Source: Naegleria gruberi
Lineage: Eukaryota
Direction: 5' to 3' (one strand)
Length of the DNA: 64,000 bases
NCBI GenBank assembly: GCA_000004985.1
Contig: GG738882.1
This document shows positions 36,252 to 47,203 of this stretch, piece after piece (the stretch's first letter is position 1; every line of letters starts with the position of its first letter). The notes under the pieces were generated by a model. It had not been told where the DNA came from, searched no databases, and worked only from the letters and a program-made list of their open reading frames with translations. The translations under genes and the position numbers were made by a program.

Positions 36252-37836
36252 ATGGTCTCAAAGAATCAAGCCAACATTGAAACAAGTGACTCTGCTTGTT
36301 CTTCACCTCAAAAGATTAAAAAGAGCAAAAAGACAAGTCAACTGACTAATTCCCCACCAAGCATTCCACTCACTCTTACCCAAGTTCTGCCAAAGCAACG
36401 TAAAGAGTACACCATCCAGCAGAAACGTGAGAAATGGAGTGATGAAGAACACGACAAGTTTATCGAAGCCATTAGGTTGCACGGCAGAGATTGGAAGAAG
36501 GTTGAAGAATTTATTGGAACCAAGACAAGAAAGCAAATTAGATCCCATGCTCAAAAGCATTTCGAAAAGATGAAAAAGACTGGTGAAGAATTTCCAGCTC
36601 CAAGAGCAAAGAAAAAGAGTTCCAAACCTTATCCATCCAAGTAAGTATATTTTTTCACATGCATTCTAATTTTATTCACAATTTATTTAAAATTCCATCC
36701 ATCCACCTTAATGAACTCTTAACAGGAAAACAAATGAGATTTACAATGCCTTGTCCAATGAACAAATTGTCTCCAACTTGAAGAACATCCCTAATGAATT
36801 TTTTGAAAAGTTGATTGCTCAACATGATGTCACTGATGCTATCCGATTGATTCACTTGTTGGTAACGACAGACTCTGCCAAGACTTTCTCTGAACAAGAA
36901 AGAGCACTCATAAAGACTATTATACACAATGCTAACATTCTTTCTGAGAAGCAAAGACAATCATCCATGAGTAGCGAGTCCACCAATCACTTGGTGTTTT
37001 TATTATCGATTTTTACTAATTTTGCTGATTTGTTTGATTCTAACGATAGGTCAAACAAGGTATCTAGTCCAACAAGCCAAGCTGCTGCTAGCACTCAATC
37101 ACCAAAACCTAAGCATGCTTCTGAAAAGAAGGAGTCAACCCCAGTTGTTAAAACAGAATCCGTTGATGATTGGAATTCCTCTGTTAATGCACTTGTTGTC
37201 GAGGAAGAGCTTGCAGATTTTAATCAAGTTCTCAACAATCAAAAGCATCAACAACAACAACACCAATTATTGCAACAACAAATGGAATCCAACCAAGCCC
37301 TCAATCCTAATGCTTTGTCTTCGATATTCCCACATCTTATGCTCATGAACTCAAAGGCAAACATGTCTACCAACCAACAAATGCCATCCACATCTACTGT
37401 CGATGTCATGAATGCAATGATGAGCTCAGATGCTGATCAATACACTCAATACTACAATGTTATTGATAATGTGAGTAGTGCCTCATCATTCTCTGGTGAG
37501 GAAAGAGATTCATTCTCACAGACCTTTGATGATGGTACTTTTGGTATGATGTCCAATCCTCACACTACTACAATGCTTAATCCAATTGCACTTTGTAATC
37601 CTATTACAGTTTGTCCACCTCAACAATTCATGTATATTCCAACCATTTTGCTTCAACAACCAGCTCCAGAGCATTTTTGTAATTTCCAAATTCCAACCAA
37701 TACCTTGTACATAGCGCAACAACCTTCGACGAATCCTCAAAATTTTGACCAATCTATCTTGTCCTTCTTTGATCAAAAGGACAATGAAGAGCAATCTGAT
37801 TCATTCAATGTAAATACCATTTTTGACACTTATTAA
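36252..37836 (+). CDS. SHAQKYF-class Myb-like DNA-binding protein; 2 exons
   Basis: Exons are 36252..36640 and 36726..37836, donor GTAAGT at 36641, acceptor aacAG| at 36725, intron 85 nt, and the frame joins (...PYPSK|KTNEIYNALSNEQ...). The Myb/SANT domain is 'WSDEEHDKFIEAIRLHGRDWKKVEEFIGTKTRKQIRSHAQKHFEK'. The C-terminal half has a poly-Q tract, 'QQQQHQLLQQQ'. Confidence 0.8.
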
Positions 37837-38244
37837 AGTACTTGTAAATATTCCCATTTCTAATAATTATTCATGTGTTCCATTCTTATTTTTCAACTTC
37901 ATCAATCTTAGTTTCCATCATTACTTGAACTGTCTCTCAACCAATTTCCCAATGGTTGTGTTCTGTAACTTGGTAAATGGGAAAGACACAGGAAAGACCT
38001 GTCATGCCATTTGTTTTTAATTTGATTTGTTTGAGAATCTTTGAGATTTATTTAAATGGGGATAGGAAAAATCGAACCGAAAAATCATTCCGTAGATTAC
38101 AAAACTTACAAAAAATCTATTTGAAATCCCAGCCAATTCAGAAAGTCTTCTTTTTCAATTAGAAAAACATCCATTTTCGTATTAAAAGAAGGAAAATTAG
38201 AGAAAAATTCTTGATTTTTTACCACTTCAAATTATTGAATGAAT

Positions 38245-38796
38245 TTACATCATTGCCATGTACTTTTTAACATCTTGTAAATAGGTTGTATAATATTCAA
38301 TATAGCCAGTCCATTCATGCCACAATCGAACCACAGGTGTATTCAATCCAGTAATCATTTCTCTGTGAACCAATTTGGTATTTCTCTTATCCAAATCCTC
38401 AGCAACCACAAAGTAATGATCCCCACTGAAAATATACTTGTGTACCATGACTCCAACCCATCCAAATTGATATGGATATTGCTTTGGAGACCAATGAGAA
38501 AGAACAACATCAGTTTTACCCAATTTTTCCAAATCCACTTTAAACTTGGTTTTTCCAACTATCATACTGTTTGTTGGAGCATTGGCAGGATCAATTTCAT
38601 ACAATCCTTTCACCATTCCGAGAGGATAATTCCTCTTATCAATAATATATTTAAATACTTGATCAGGTGTTTTGTTTTCAATCACTATTGAACGATCGAT
38701 CAGGAATGATAATTTAAAATCATTATGGTACAATGCATAGGAATAGAAAAGTCCCCAAGCTGCAGCCAAACTAATAGCAATCTCCTTGTAGTACAT
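38245..38796 (-). CDS. Hypothetical protein with an N-terminal TM anchor (183 aa)
   Basis: It starts 'MYYKEIAISLAAAWGLFYSYALY' (hydrophobic). No confident family assignment from sequence alone. Confidence 0.45.
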   Translation of the reverse strand: MYYKEIAISLAAAWGLFYSYALYHNDFKLSFLIDRSIVIENKTPDQVFKYIIDKRNYPLGMVKGLYEIDPANAPTNSMIVGKTKFKVDLEKLGKTDVVLSHWSPKQYPYQFGWVGVMVHKYIFSGDHYFVVAEDLDKRNTKLVHREMITGLNTPVVRLWHEWTGYIEYYTTYLQDVKKYMAMM

Positions 38797-39162
38797 TTTT
38801 TAATTAAATTGAAATATGATGATTCTTCGACTGGCGATGCTGATGAAATATTGCGAGTCAATCAAAATGCTGTATGGAATGAAACTTCCTCTTCAATTTG
38901 AACTCGGATATGAAATAGCTTCAGCCACAATATTGAATTTAAATTGATTAACAATAACCCATGCAAATTTACACCAAAAACTAGAATATTCGATGAGAAT
39001 TTTTATTTTGTTTTGAATTTTAAAAAAATGTTCGTTAGATAGCGCGGCAATTTGTTGCTAGTATTCAATTATGCTTCTTGAATCATCAAGTGGAGACACA
39101 ATTAATAGGAAAATCACATAAAACATAAAACATCACATGACTGCAAAAACAATTAGAACAAG

Positions 39163-40272
39163 ATGAAGATAGGCTACGTTGGTATGAATAGGGCACTCAA
39201 ATTAACAACCTCCAATACAACCCGATTGAATAATGTTTCTCCAAAGAAGATTAAAGAAAAATTGCTAGTTAATATTGATCACTTGAAAAAGATGCTCAAG
39301 TGGAATGTTCAGAAGAATTTGCTCTTCTTTAGAATTGGAAGTGAATTTGTGCCATTTGCTAGTCATGAAAAGGTTCGGGATGAAGAATTCAAGCAAGAAT
39401 TTAATTGGATTGAGGAATGCGAAGATGATCTAAAGGAGATTGGAAAGTTTGTAAAGGAAAATAATATTAGAATTAGCATGCACCCTGATCAATTTGTATT
39501 GATTAATTCACCTGATATGGAAATATTCAATAGATCCTATGAAGAATTGAACTATCACGCTCAATTGATGAATACTATGGGATTAGATACCACTCATAAA
39601 TTCCAAATACATTTGGGTGGAAAGTATGATGACAAGAGAAAGTCAATGCAAAGATTTGTTGATCGATACAAGAATAATTTGAATGATGCTATCAGGGCTC
39701 GATGTGTATTGGAAAATGATGATAGAATTTATAGTTTGGAAGATGTGTATTGGATACATCAACAATGTGGCATTCCAATTCTCTTTGATACATTGCATCA
39801 TGAATGTTTGAATTCAAATGGTGACTCTTTAGAAGTGGCATTCAAGAAAGCTGCTAGTACTTGGGATCCGGTTAAGGATGGTGTTCCTCTTATTGACTAT
39901 TCAGATCAAGAACCAGGTGCACGTATTGGAAATCATAGAAAGAGCATTGAATTGAAGCATTTCAAGAAGGTAATTTGTGACAAGTTAATGAAATGCAAGA
40001 ACGATGATGGAGAATTTATTGAATTTGATGTCATGTTGGAAATCAAGGATAAGGACGCTAGTGCCATTAAGATCTTACCAGTCTTTTTAAAAGGTGTTGA
40101 GGATAGAGAAAAGGATCCAGAACCAACTGAGGATGACAATCAAGAAGATTTAAAAGTCCAAGTATTAGAGGAAGATGAGGACGAAGCAGTATCGAGTGAG
40201 GAAGAAAAACCAAAGAAGAGAAAGAAGGCACCAACCAAGAAGGCATCCACTACCAAGAGAAAGAAAAAATAA
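39163..40272 (+). CDS. uvdE: UV damage endonuclease (UvdE/Uve1 family) with a Lys-rich, NLS-like C-terminal tail
   Basis: 'MKIGYVGMNRAL...NLLFFRIGSEFVPFASH...IRISMHPDQFVLINSP...LNYHAQLM...FQIHLGGKYDDK...RCVLENDDRIYSLEDV...CGIPILFDTLHH' matches conserved UvdE blocks. These are GyvsiN, fRisSdlfPfash, iRlSmHPdqF, LeyHa, vviHlGG and LvLENDDk. The tail is '...KPKKRKKAPTKKASTTKRKKK'. Confidence 0.85.
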   Translation: MKIGYVGMNRALKLTTSNTTRLNNVSPKKIKEKLLVNIDHLKKMLKWNVQKNLLFFRIGSEFVPFASHEKVRDEEFKQEFNWIEECEDDLKEIGKFVKENNIRISMHPDQFVLINSPDMEIFNRSYEELNYHAQLMNTMGLDTTHKFQIHLGGKYDDKRKSMQRFVDRYKNNLNDAIRARCVLENDDRIYSLEDVYWIHQQCGIPILFDTLHHECLNSNGDSLEVAFKKAASTWDPVKDGVPLIDYSDQEPGARIGNHRKSIELKHFKKVICDKLMKCKNDDGEFIEFDVMLEIKDKDASAIKILPVFLKGVEDREKDPEPTEDDNQEDLKVQVLEEDEDEAVSSEEEKPKKRKKAPTKKASTTKRKKK

Positions 40273-40400
40273 ACCAACACTCAATATTTCAATAACAAGG
40301 ATTTCTCACGTTCTTATTTGGTGGTTGTGTAAAGATAGGGGTGTTTGACATGATATGGACACGATGCCCTTTTGATCTGTTGAGTGAACCGACAGAAAAA

Positions 40401-42131
40401 ATGCAAACAACGATTCTTATTCACCTTCTGCTGACATTTCTATGTTTCAATCTTGTGAGACAAACAAGAGCAGCATTCCAGTATAATAACTCACTCACAC
40501 AAGTTCTTCATCCAACACAGGAATGTCTACTAAATCCACCTGTTAATAATTTCTATTATTCATTCCTGTACACAATTGACTCACCACTACAGGATTATTG
40601 TGGAATGAATTATAGTGAATCATGCTCCTCGATTTGTGGAAATACCATCATTATGAATGTCAAGTCAACATCAAATCTTGATGAAATGACAGGATTGATT
40701 AATTATTGTTTGTATTGTGATAGTTCAGAGTCTTTGGAATTTAGGAAGAAATTGGTGGACGGAGAATGTGCTAGTTTTGCAATAGGAAATGCAAATGTTG
40801 GACCGAAACTATACGAAATGATGGAATATCACTGTGGAGAAAATAACATTCCTTTGGTTGATCTGAGTTTCGTCAATACGGATTATTTTAGTCGAAATCT
40901 CTACACATCCAAGAATAGTACTCTTGATTGGAAAACGATTATTTCTCTCTTTTTTTCCAAATATTACCCTTCATCACAATATTCGAAACCTCCACCATTG
41001 GAAATTCCTGTGCTTTGTTGGTGTAATTATCAAAATGCAGATTCTCAAACATTCTCCCACCAATGCTTTGATGTGAATTCCAACTTTCTAATGTACAGCT
41101 ATAGAGTAAGTCCTCTCATTCTGACAATAGTTTTCTTTCTGCTATTCATTCTTCATTTCATCTTTCTGGTAATTCCTAAATTTACAGAGAGAATCATCAA
41201 GCTCAAGAAGGCCCTCTCATTTGACCACGAATTCAAACCAACCTCCTTCAAAATCAAATACACCATCCTCCATTTCATTCACATTTCCATTCATCCACCA
41301 GTTTTATTTTCCATTACTTTGTTTTTACCATTCATTGAGAATTTGATCAGAGTTTTGAGTAATTATGCATTTTTCTATTCATATTATATGAATTATTTTG
41401 TTGGGATATTTAGAGGATTGGGAGGATTGTGTGGATTGTGTGCGTATAGTTCTTTAGTCATATTGTGGTCTCACTCAATTGACTTGGCGAATACGAAGAA
41501 GGAACAACCAATGTTTCTTTCAAAGATTAATATGGTCATTCTGGGATTGGTATATATTGGAGTGGCCATTACACTGATTACACTATTTGCTCTCTTTCTT
41601 ACCATTGATCAAAATAGTGCCTATATAGTTGTGTCAGTTTCGGCTCTCATTTACACATTGAGTTTCGTATTGGGATTTATAATATACGGCTTTAAAATGA
41701 TTCACAAACTCAGAGCTAGTAATATTTGGGAGTACAAATTTACCAAATTCATACTTTCCATCTCAATCATCTCCACAATAGTTTGGATATTATCAATCCT
41801 AATCTTTATCACTTACTCATTTGGATTTGACATTTTTGGAAATTTCTTTGGAAATGCAAGAAATATCATTTTGGATTTATGTATAATTTCAATGACCATT
41901 CTCTCCTCCTACATTACTATCAATGAGGAGGGTTTCAAGAGATTATATGGTGAGAAAGTGTATCTCTTGATTAGTCTTTCATGTTTCTCATTGAAGAATC
42001 ATGATTCAAAGACTGGTACAATGATGAATTCGAATAATTATTTGAATACTGCTGGTGGAAACAATAGAAATAAGGAAGATTTCAAAACGAGTCAGGAATT
42101 GGAATCAAAAGAAGTAATCGATCAAGTCTAG
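40401..42131 (+). CDS. Seven-transmembrane receptor-like protein with a Cys-containing N-terminal ectodomain (possibly LUSTR/GPR107-like)
   Basis: A signal peptide 'MQTTILIHLLLTFLCFNLVRQTRA' is followed by a ~230-aa ectodomain and seven hydrophobic helices (LILTIVFFLLFILHFIFLVIP ... IILDLCIISMTILSSYITI). The ORF-track ORF extends to 40341, but 40401 is the more plausible start. Family placement is tentative. Confidence 0.55.
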   Translation: MQTTILIHLLLTFLCFNLVRQTRAAFQYNNSLTQVLHPTQECLLNPPVNNFYYSFLYTIDSPLQDYCGMNYSESCSSICGNTIIMNVKSTSNLDEMTGLINYCLYCDSSESLEFRKKLVDGECASFAIGNANVGPKLYEMMEYHCGENNIPLVDLSFVNTDYFSRNLYTSKNSTLDWKTIISLFFSKYYPSSQYSKPPPLEIPVLCWCNYQNADSQTFSHQCFDVNSNFLMYSYRVSPLILTIVFFLLFILHFIFLVIPKFTERIIKLKKALSFDHEFKPTSFKIKYTILHFIHISIHPPVLFSITLFLPFIENLIRVLSNYAFFYSYYMNYFVGIFRGLGGLCGLCAYSSLVILWSHSIDLANTKKEQPMFLSKINMVILGLVYIGVAITLITLFALFLTIDQNSAYIVVSVSALIYTLSFVLGFIIYGFKMIHKLRASNIWEYKFTKFILSISIISTIVWILSILIFITYSFGFDIFGNFFGNARNIILDLCIISMTILSSYITINEEGFKRLYGEKVYLLISLSCFSLKNHDSKTGTMMNSNNYLNTAGGNNRNKEDFKTSQELESKEVIDQV

Positions 42132-42446
42132 CACTTTTACTAACTTTGACTTGTTGAACAATGAAAAAGGATGAAATTATTATTGGAAACTACAATAATT
42201 GTAAAGGTCAATTAGAAAGATAATTGAATATTTAACATGCCTTCCATTGAAATGAGTACTTGGTATAGAATTACAACATTCCATCCAATGGAAAGATTAG
42301 TTTAAAAATAATTCTAATCTCATTGAGGTCGTACTTGGCAATATCAATTAAATTAGTGATTACATGACTATTGTGGCGTCTTTTTTTATTCCCAATAAAG
42401 CTAACGCTCCAATGTAACGAAACCTTTCGTGTAATTCAAAAAAAAA

Positions 42447-45032
42447 ATGCAGAAAGTTATTTTCCTATTGCTGGTTCTGATATTTATGCTTGTGAAAGAG
42501 CAAGCTCACGCGTATTCGAATGTTTATTCTGTCAAGAATACTGTGCAATCATTTTGTTTCTCTCCCAACGGACTTTCTCTCTATCTAGCATCGCAAGATA
42601 ACGCTATTCGAAAGATGGACGAAATTCACCATAATCACATTCAAGCAGTTGCTTGTGATCCTATGGCACATTCTGGTTACAGCGGTGATGACAGCGATGC
42701 CATGTTGGCTGGCTGCCATCTGTCAAACAAGCAAGGAAGCTTGCAAGTTTTGTATGGAAAAGTTTATTTTGTTAATGGCTTGGCGTTGAGAATGGTTGAT
42801 GAACAAGAAGGTATCATGAAGACTATTCTTGAAGATGACATTTCATCCATGTATGTGAATGACTATGAAGAAATTATTTATGCCTCTGGTAATTCGATTA
42901 AGAAACTTTCGGATGGTTTCGTCCAAGTTTTAGCAGGTGGATCAGAATGTATTGGTGATCAAGATGGATTATTCATGAAGGAAAGTTGCGTTTCACCAAC
43001 ACATGTTGTTCAAGACGAAAGATCTGAAGGAGTAATTTACTTTTACGATGAAAAGTTAAAAGTCATTAGAAAAATCAAAGACGAAATTGTTACCACAGTT
43101 CCAGGAAGTAAGTTTACAATTAATTTTTGAGAATTTAATGAAAATGAATCAATAGCCAGTGGATTTTCAATCTTTGACGTAAAACATGGAATGGTCTATT
43201 GTTCAAATGGTAAATTGATCAAGAAAATTCAACATGATGGAACTTTCCAAATTTTGAATGGAATTCCAACAAAGTCTACAATTTCCATGCTTAAAATTTC
43301 ACCGGAATGGAGTGAAGATGAAGTTTATTTCATTTCTCAAAATGGAGATCTCCAAAAAATCAATTATCTTGGAAAATTGGAAACAATTATTTCCAAATCA
43401 GTTTTCAAACCTAAATTTTATAGAACTAGAACAATTTTACAACAATTTGAATATAAGGGAAATAATAATACTTGTTTCTATTATTGTAATGGAACAACCA
43501 ATGGTACTGTTAATGGAAATAGTTCAAACTTTGGAAACAATACTTTTGGTAATAACACATTTGGTAATAATACATTTGGTAATAATACTAATGGAAATGA
43601 AACAAAGCCAAATAATGACAGAATTGACTATTATCCAACTCCAATTCTTCAATCACAGGTTTCTGAAGATGGATCTGGTGTTAGATTTGTAATTACATTT
43701 GGTAAATCGGCTGCGTACACTCATCGTTTATTCTATGTCCAGGATTCGAAATATGACACGAAACTTTGTAAGAATACCTATTTAGAAAGAGCCATTCCAA
43801 TGACTCGGTTAGAATCTTCAGATATTACACTAACTCAAAACTATTCTACCAATTACATTCCATTAGCTAATTTAATTAACAATACTTCAGTTGATAAGAA
43901 ATTGACAGCTGACTATTTACAATTAACTATTAATTTGGCTTTGGAATATATTGACAATGAGGGTGAATTTAATGGAGGATTCTGTAGAGCTTATATTTAC
44001 AAAACTTCACAAGTTATTAATGTGTTTTATTCCACCAACATTATTTCATCACTTTCTGTCAATAAGTTACTGGACTATTCCTATAATATTTATCCTCAAC
44101 TTGTTACAACAGATAGTAACAGTGGTGCTGGTAGTTTAATTGTTGAGCTCATGTTAGAAACTAGCAATCTCTCACTTATTCAATTCACATTCCAAAACTC
44201 TACAAATCCAAACAGCAATTTCATAATCAATAATGTCGAATATCAATTCCAATCAAAATCATTCAAATATTGGAAGATTTCCATGAAAACTGCTTCAAAG
44301 GCTTTTGATTTCACAGGAACCTCACTCTTCTACTCTAAATTTGAATCAACCAGAGGATATATTTTCAATGATTACATTCCACTCGTCATTAATTATCAAA
44401 TTGCAATTCCTCCAGAAGAAAAAAACACAACTGTGAAATATTCGCTATCTCTCTCTGGAAATGACTTGGTACCAAAGTCTTCATTCGCCCTTGGTGATTC
44501 AATCTTTGTAAGAATGACAGCTCAATTCAGTTATGGAACTTACAAGTTGAGAGCCAAGTCAGCTGTCTTGTGTTGCATGAAGGAGTTTAGTCCTGCACCA
44601 ATTTATGATCCTTCCAAAAATTTATTTGGATGCTCCACCTATGATTCTAACACAATGGATGTTTGGAAATCTCTCTATTCAGGATTTGTTTCAAATTCTC
44701 AAATGGAAATTGTAGAATTCCCATCTCCAGAAAGTACTCACATTTTCAATTTCAAACTCAAATATGATTATTTCCCTGTGAGAAGTAGTTCTTACACTGC
44801 TGCTTGTTATATTCAAACAACTGGTGGATTAAAGGAACCTAATTCTAGAGAGATTCATTCTGAAAGTTATCCAGAAACTGAAGTTCATCCATTGAGTGTC
44901 ATTATTCCAGAAAGTACTCAACCAAAACCTATTACTTCTACCAAGACTGTATCATCTGTCAATTCTTTGCACAGTTTCAATTTGATGATGGTTTTATTAT
45001 CACTTTTAATTGGTCTCTTTATCATTTATTAA
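42447..45032 (+). CDS. Type-I membrane glycoprotein, hypothetical; 2 exons
   Basis: Exons are 42447..43107 and 43156..45032, donor GTAAGT at 43108, acceptor aatAG| at 43155, and the frame joins (VTTVPG|T SGFSIFDVKHGMVYCSNGK). Signal peptide is 'MQKVIFLLLVLIFMLVKEQAHA'. There is a 'GNNTFGNNTFGNNTFGNNTNGNET' repeat. The C-terminal TM helix is 'FNLMMVLLSLLIGLFIIY'. Confidence 0.65.
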
Positions 45033-45126
45033 GAATAATGAATAAATAATCTTTGAATTATTCTAATTGATTAGTTTCAATTTCTTTTTCTAAGTTTCAT
45101 TTTACAATTAATATACATTATTTTCA

Positions 45127-45510
45127 CTAATTCTCTCCAATAAATCTAATAATTTCCTTATAAATATGTTCTCTCACAGCCGTATCATGTACTTCATCAA
45201 ATCCTTCCACAAGATCATCATCATCATATTTATTCGGATTGACTTGTCCCTTTCCACTCTCCCAAACCAACCCTTGAATTTCATAAATAATATTCATAAT
45301 TTCATCTTGATCAGCATTGGAGGCAATTGTTGTTGGTAATTTATTGTCGGTTTTCAATTTTTCCAATACTTTCCTTGTGTTCTCTTCTACTGCCTTCCCA
45401 CCAGCAATTGTAAACATTCCGAAAGTGTTGGGTGTTTTTTTGAATAACATTCTCTTCATTTTGGAAGCAAAGTTTGTGAGGTTCTGTTCTGCTTCTTCAT
45501 GTTGCGACAT
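45127..45510 (-). CDS. Hypothetical soluble protein (~127 aa)
   Basis: ORF 45127..45543. The likely start is MSQHEEAEQNL at 45510. No family recognised. Confidence 0.4.
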   Translation of the reverse strand: MSQHEEAEQNLTNFASKMKRMLFKKTPNTFGMFTIAGGKAVEENTRKVLEKLKTDNKLPTTIASNADQDEIMNIIYEIQGLVWESGKGQVNPNKYDDDDLVEGFDEVHDTAVREHIYKEIIRFIGEN

Positions 45511-45808
45511 TTTTTTTCCAGTAAAATAAAGAAATTCGAACAATTCCCAAGTTCCATTTAATTTATTGTAAATTCAACACGTGTTTTTAATACAACACAA
45601 AGTTCAACCATTTATGACATTCAATCTTCATTCCAAAATTCATTAAGATTGCACGCCTACACTTTTGGAAAAACAATCCTTTTTGGAAAATGTGCTCATG
45701 TTAAATTTCTTTCATTAAGAGTTATGTATCTTGAATTTCGAGAGTATGTAAGAATAAGAAGAAGAGTATTATTAAACCAACTATTCAAAAAAACAACACA
45801 ACAACAAC

Positions 45809-46375
45809 ATGATGATAATAACTTCGGAAGCAGCACTTGATAAAATCAAATCTTCATCATCATCACAACATATTGCACAAAAGCAAGTGAGGTTTCACCC
45901 AAGTACATCATCGGACCCTCTTCATAAAGAAGAAGAAATCATAATACAAGATGAAATTGAACTGTTTGAACAATCTGCTGCCGTAACAACAACAGTTACA
46001 AGACTGAATGAAGAAGTGCCACCATTAAGTACTGTTTGCAAATCTTCATCAGTAGTATTTCATCTTCCCTCATTAGAATCATTGGCACAAGATATCAAAA
46101 ACTCACCTCCTTCTGAAGTAACTCAATTAGTGTTACCATCACCACTAGTTGGCAATGTTAAGTATCCTGTGATTACAATTCCACTTTTGGTGGGAATTAT
46201 TTGTTTACCTGTAGTTGGAACTGTTATAGGTTTGATTGCTTTTTTGAAATTTAAAAAGACATTTGAAAGTGTCAGAATTTGGATAATTGTGAGCATTGTG
46301 ATCAATTTGATGATTTGTTTGCTTACTGCCATAATCATTATACAAGTAATTATCATATTAAATCTCAGTAAATAA
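45809..46375 (+). CDS. Hypothetical protein with two C-terminal TM helices
   Basis: ORF 188 aa with hydrophobic segments 'VITIPLLVGIICLPVVGTVIGLIAFL' and 'IWIIVSIVINLMICLLTAIIIIQVIIIL'. Confidence 0.35.
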   Translation: MMIITSEAALDKIKSSSSSQHIAQKQVRFHPSTSSDPLHKEEEIIIQDEIELFEQSAAVTTTVTRLNEEVPPLSTVCKSSSVVFHLPSLESLAQDIKNSPPSEVTQLVLPSPLVGNVKYPVITIPLLVGIICLPVVGTVIGLIAFLKFKKTFESVRIWIIVSIVINLMICLLTAIIIIQVIIILNLSK

Positions 46376-46406
46376 GTTCTCAAATGTTGTTCGTTTCATG
46401 GTTGAA

Positions 46407-46412
46407 TAAAAA
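46407..46412 (-). terminator. Pol III T-run terminator immediately 3' of the 5S gene
   Basis: Plus-strand 'aaaaa' at 46408-46412 gives TTTTT on the minus strand directly after ...GTAGTC. Confidence 0.6.
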
Positions 46413-46530
46413 GACTACAGCACCACAGGTTCCCAAGTTGTCTCCAACCTCAGTACTGATGTGGCTCGACGATGCTTAACTTCTCAAATCGGACGGGATG
46501 AGGTGCATTCATCGTGATATGGCCGTAGCC
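46411..46530 (-). rRNA. 5S ribosomal RNA gene (solitary)
   Basis: Reverse complement: GGCTACGGCCATATCACGATGAATGCACCTCATCCCGTCCGATTTGAGAAGTTAAGCATCGTCGAGCCACATCAGTACTGAGGTTGGAGACAACTTGGGAACCTGTGGTGCTGTAGTCTT, 120 nt. It carries canonical 5S blocks (GGCCATA, CATCCCGTCCGAT, AGTACT, GGTTGGAGACAAC, GGGAAC, GGTGCTGTAG). As I recall the Dictyostelium 5S rRNA, it also has 'GGTTGGAGACAAC'. Confidence 0.9.
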
Positions 46531-46669
46531 ATTCAATATCTTAAAATGTGAATAATAAATCATAGCCATTCATTTCCTTAAATTAAGGTTTATCAACCAA
46601 CCCTTTTTGGTAAAGATCGATAAGAAAAGTACAAATTGGAGAGATGTTTATTAGAAATTACTTTTGAAA

Positions 46670-47165
46670 TTATTCAGCTTTCTTTTTAGATAAATCCAAC
46701 CATCCTAATCCAAACTGATTCAATAAATCATCAATAACTTTCTCTCTACTGGACATGAATGGTTCAATGTAACAATTATAAACAAAGTGAGCTCCACCTA
46801 AATGATGATTAATATTTAAATAATTCGAATAATATTATTACAAAATTTTCGAATAAATTTACTTACCAAAGTTTGTATTAACTTTAAAGATCAACCACAA
46901 CAAGAAGAGAATTTTAACTTCAAAATAGAAAGGAATCCAATAAATTAACCATTCGAAAAAGCATTCGAAAGTGATCACAAAAGCATAAACTGACCAATAA
47001 GTCAACTAATTCCGATCATTAAATAATTAAATAATTTAATTTACTTACCCATTGCTTATCATCTTCTTCTTCCTTTGTTTTCAAAGCTTGGAATGATCTA
47101 AAAGCAGGATACAATGCTCCGAGAAGATTAGAAATTGATCGAGAGATTAAAAATCCAAACAACAT
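46670..47165 (-). CDS. HVA22/REEP/Yop1 (TB2/DP1) family protein; 3 exons, missed by the ORF track
   Basis: Exons are 47165..47049, 47005..46867 and 46797..46670. Introns are 47006-47048 (GTAAGT...aatTAG) and 46798-46866 (GTAAGT...catttAG), and the frames join. The protein reads 'MLFGFLISRSISNLLGALYPAFRSFQALKTKEEEDDKQW|LTYWSVYAFVITFECFFEWLIYWIPFYFEVKILFLLWLIFKVNTNF|GGAHFVYNCYIEPFMSSREKVIDDLLNQFGLGWLDLSKKKAE'. It aligns block by block with REEP5 (...[65 protein letters not shown]...) and with the plant HVA22 N-terminus. Confidence 0.75.
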
Positions 47166-47203
47166 TTTTTTTAATTTATTGATGTGTTTGAAAGGTGAAA
47201 GGT

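Noticed and set aside
41106-41187. Consensus GTAAGT...tttacAG pair inside the 7TM gene that could be an intron
   Set aside because: The interval is 82 nt, not a multiple of 3, so splicing would shift the frame. It also encodes the first predicted TM helix (LILTIVFFLLFILHFIFLVIP). The unspliced ORF gives a coherent 7-helix topology, so it is probably not an intron.
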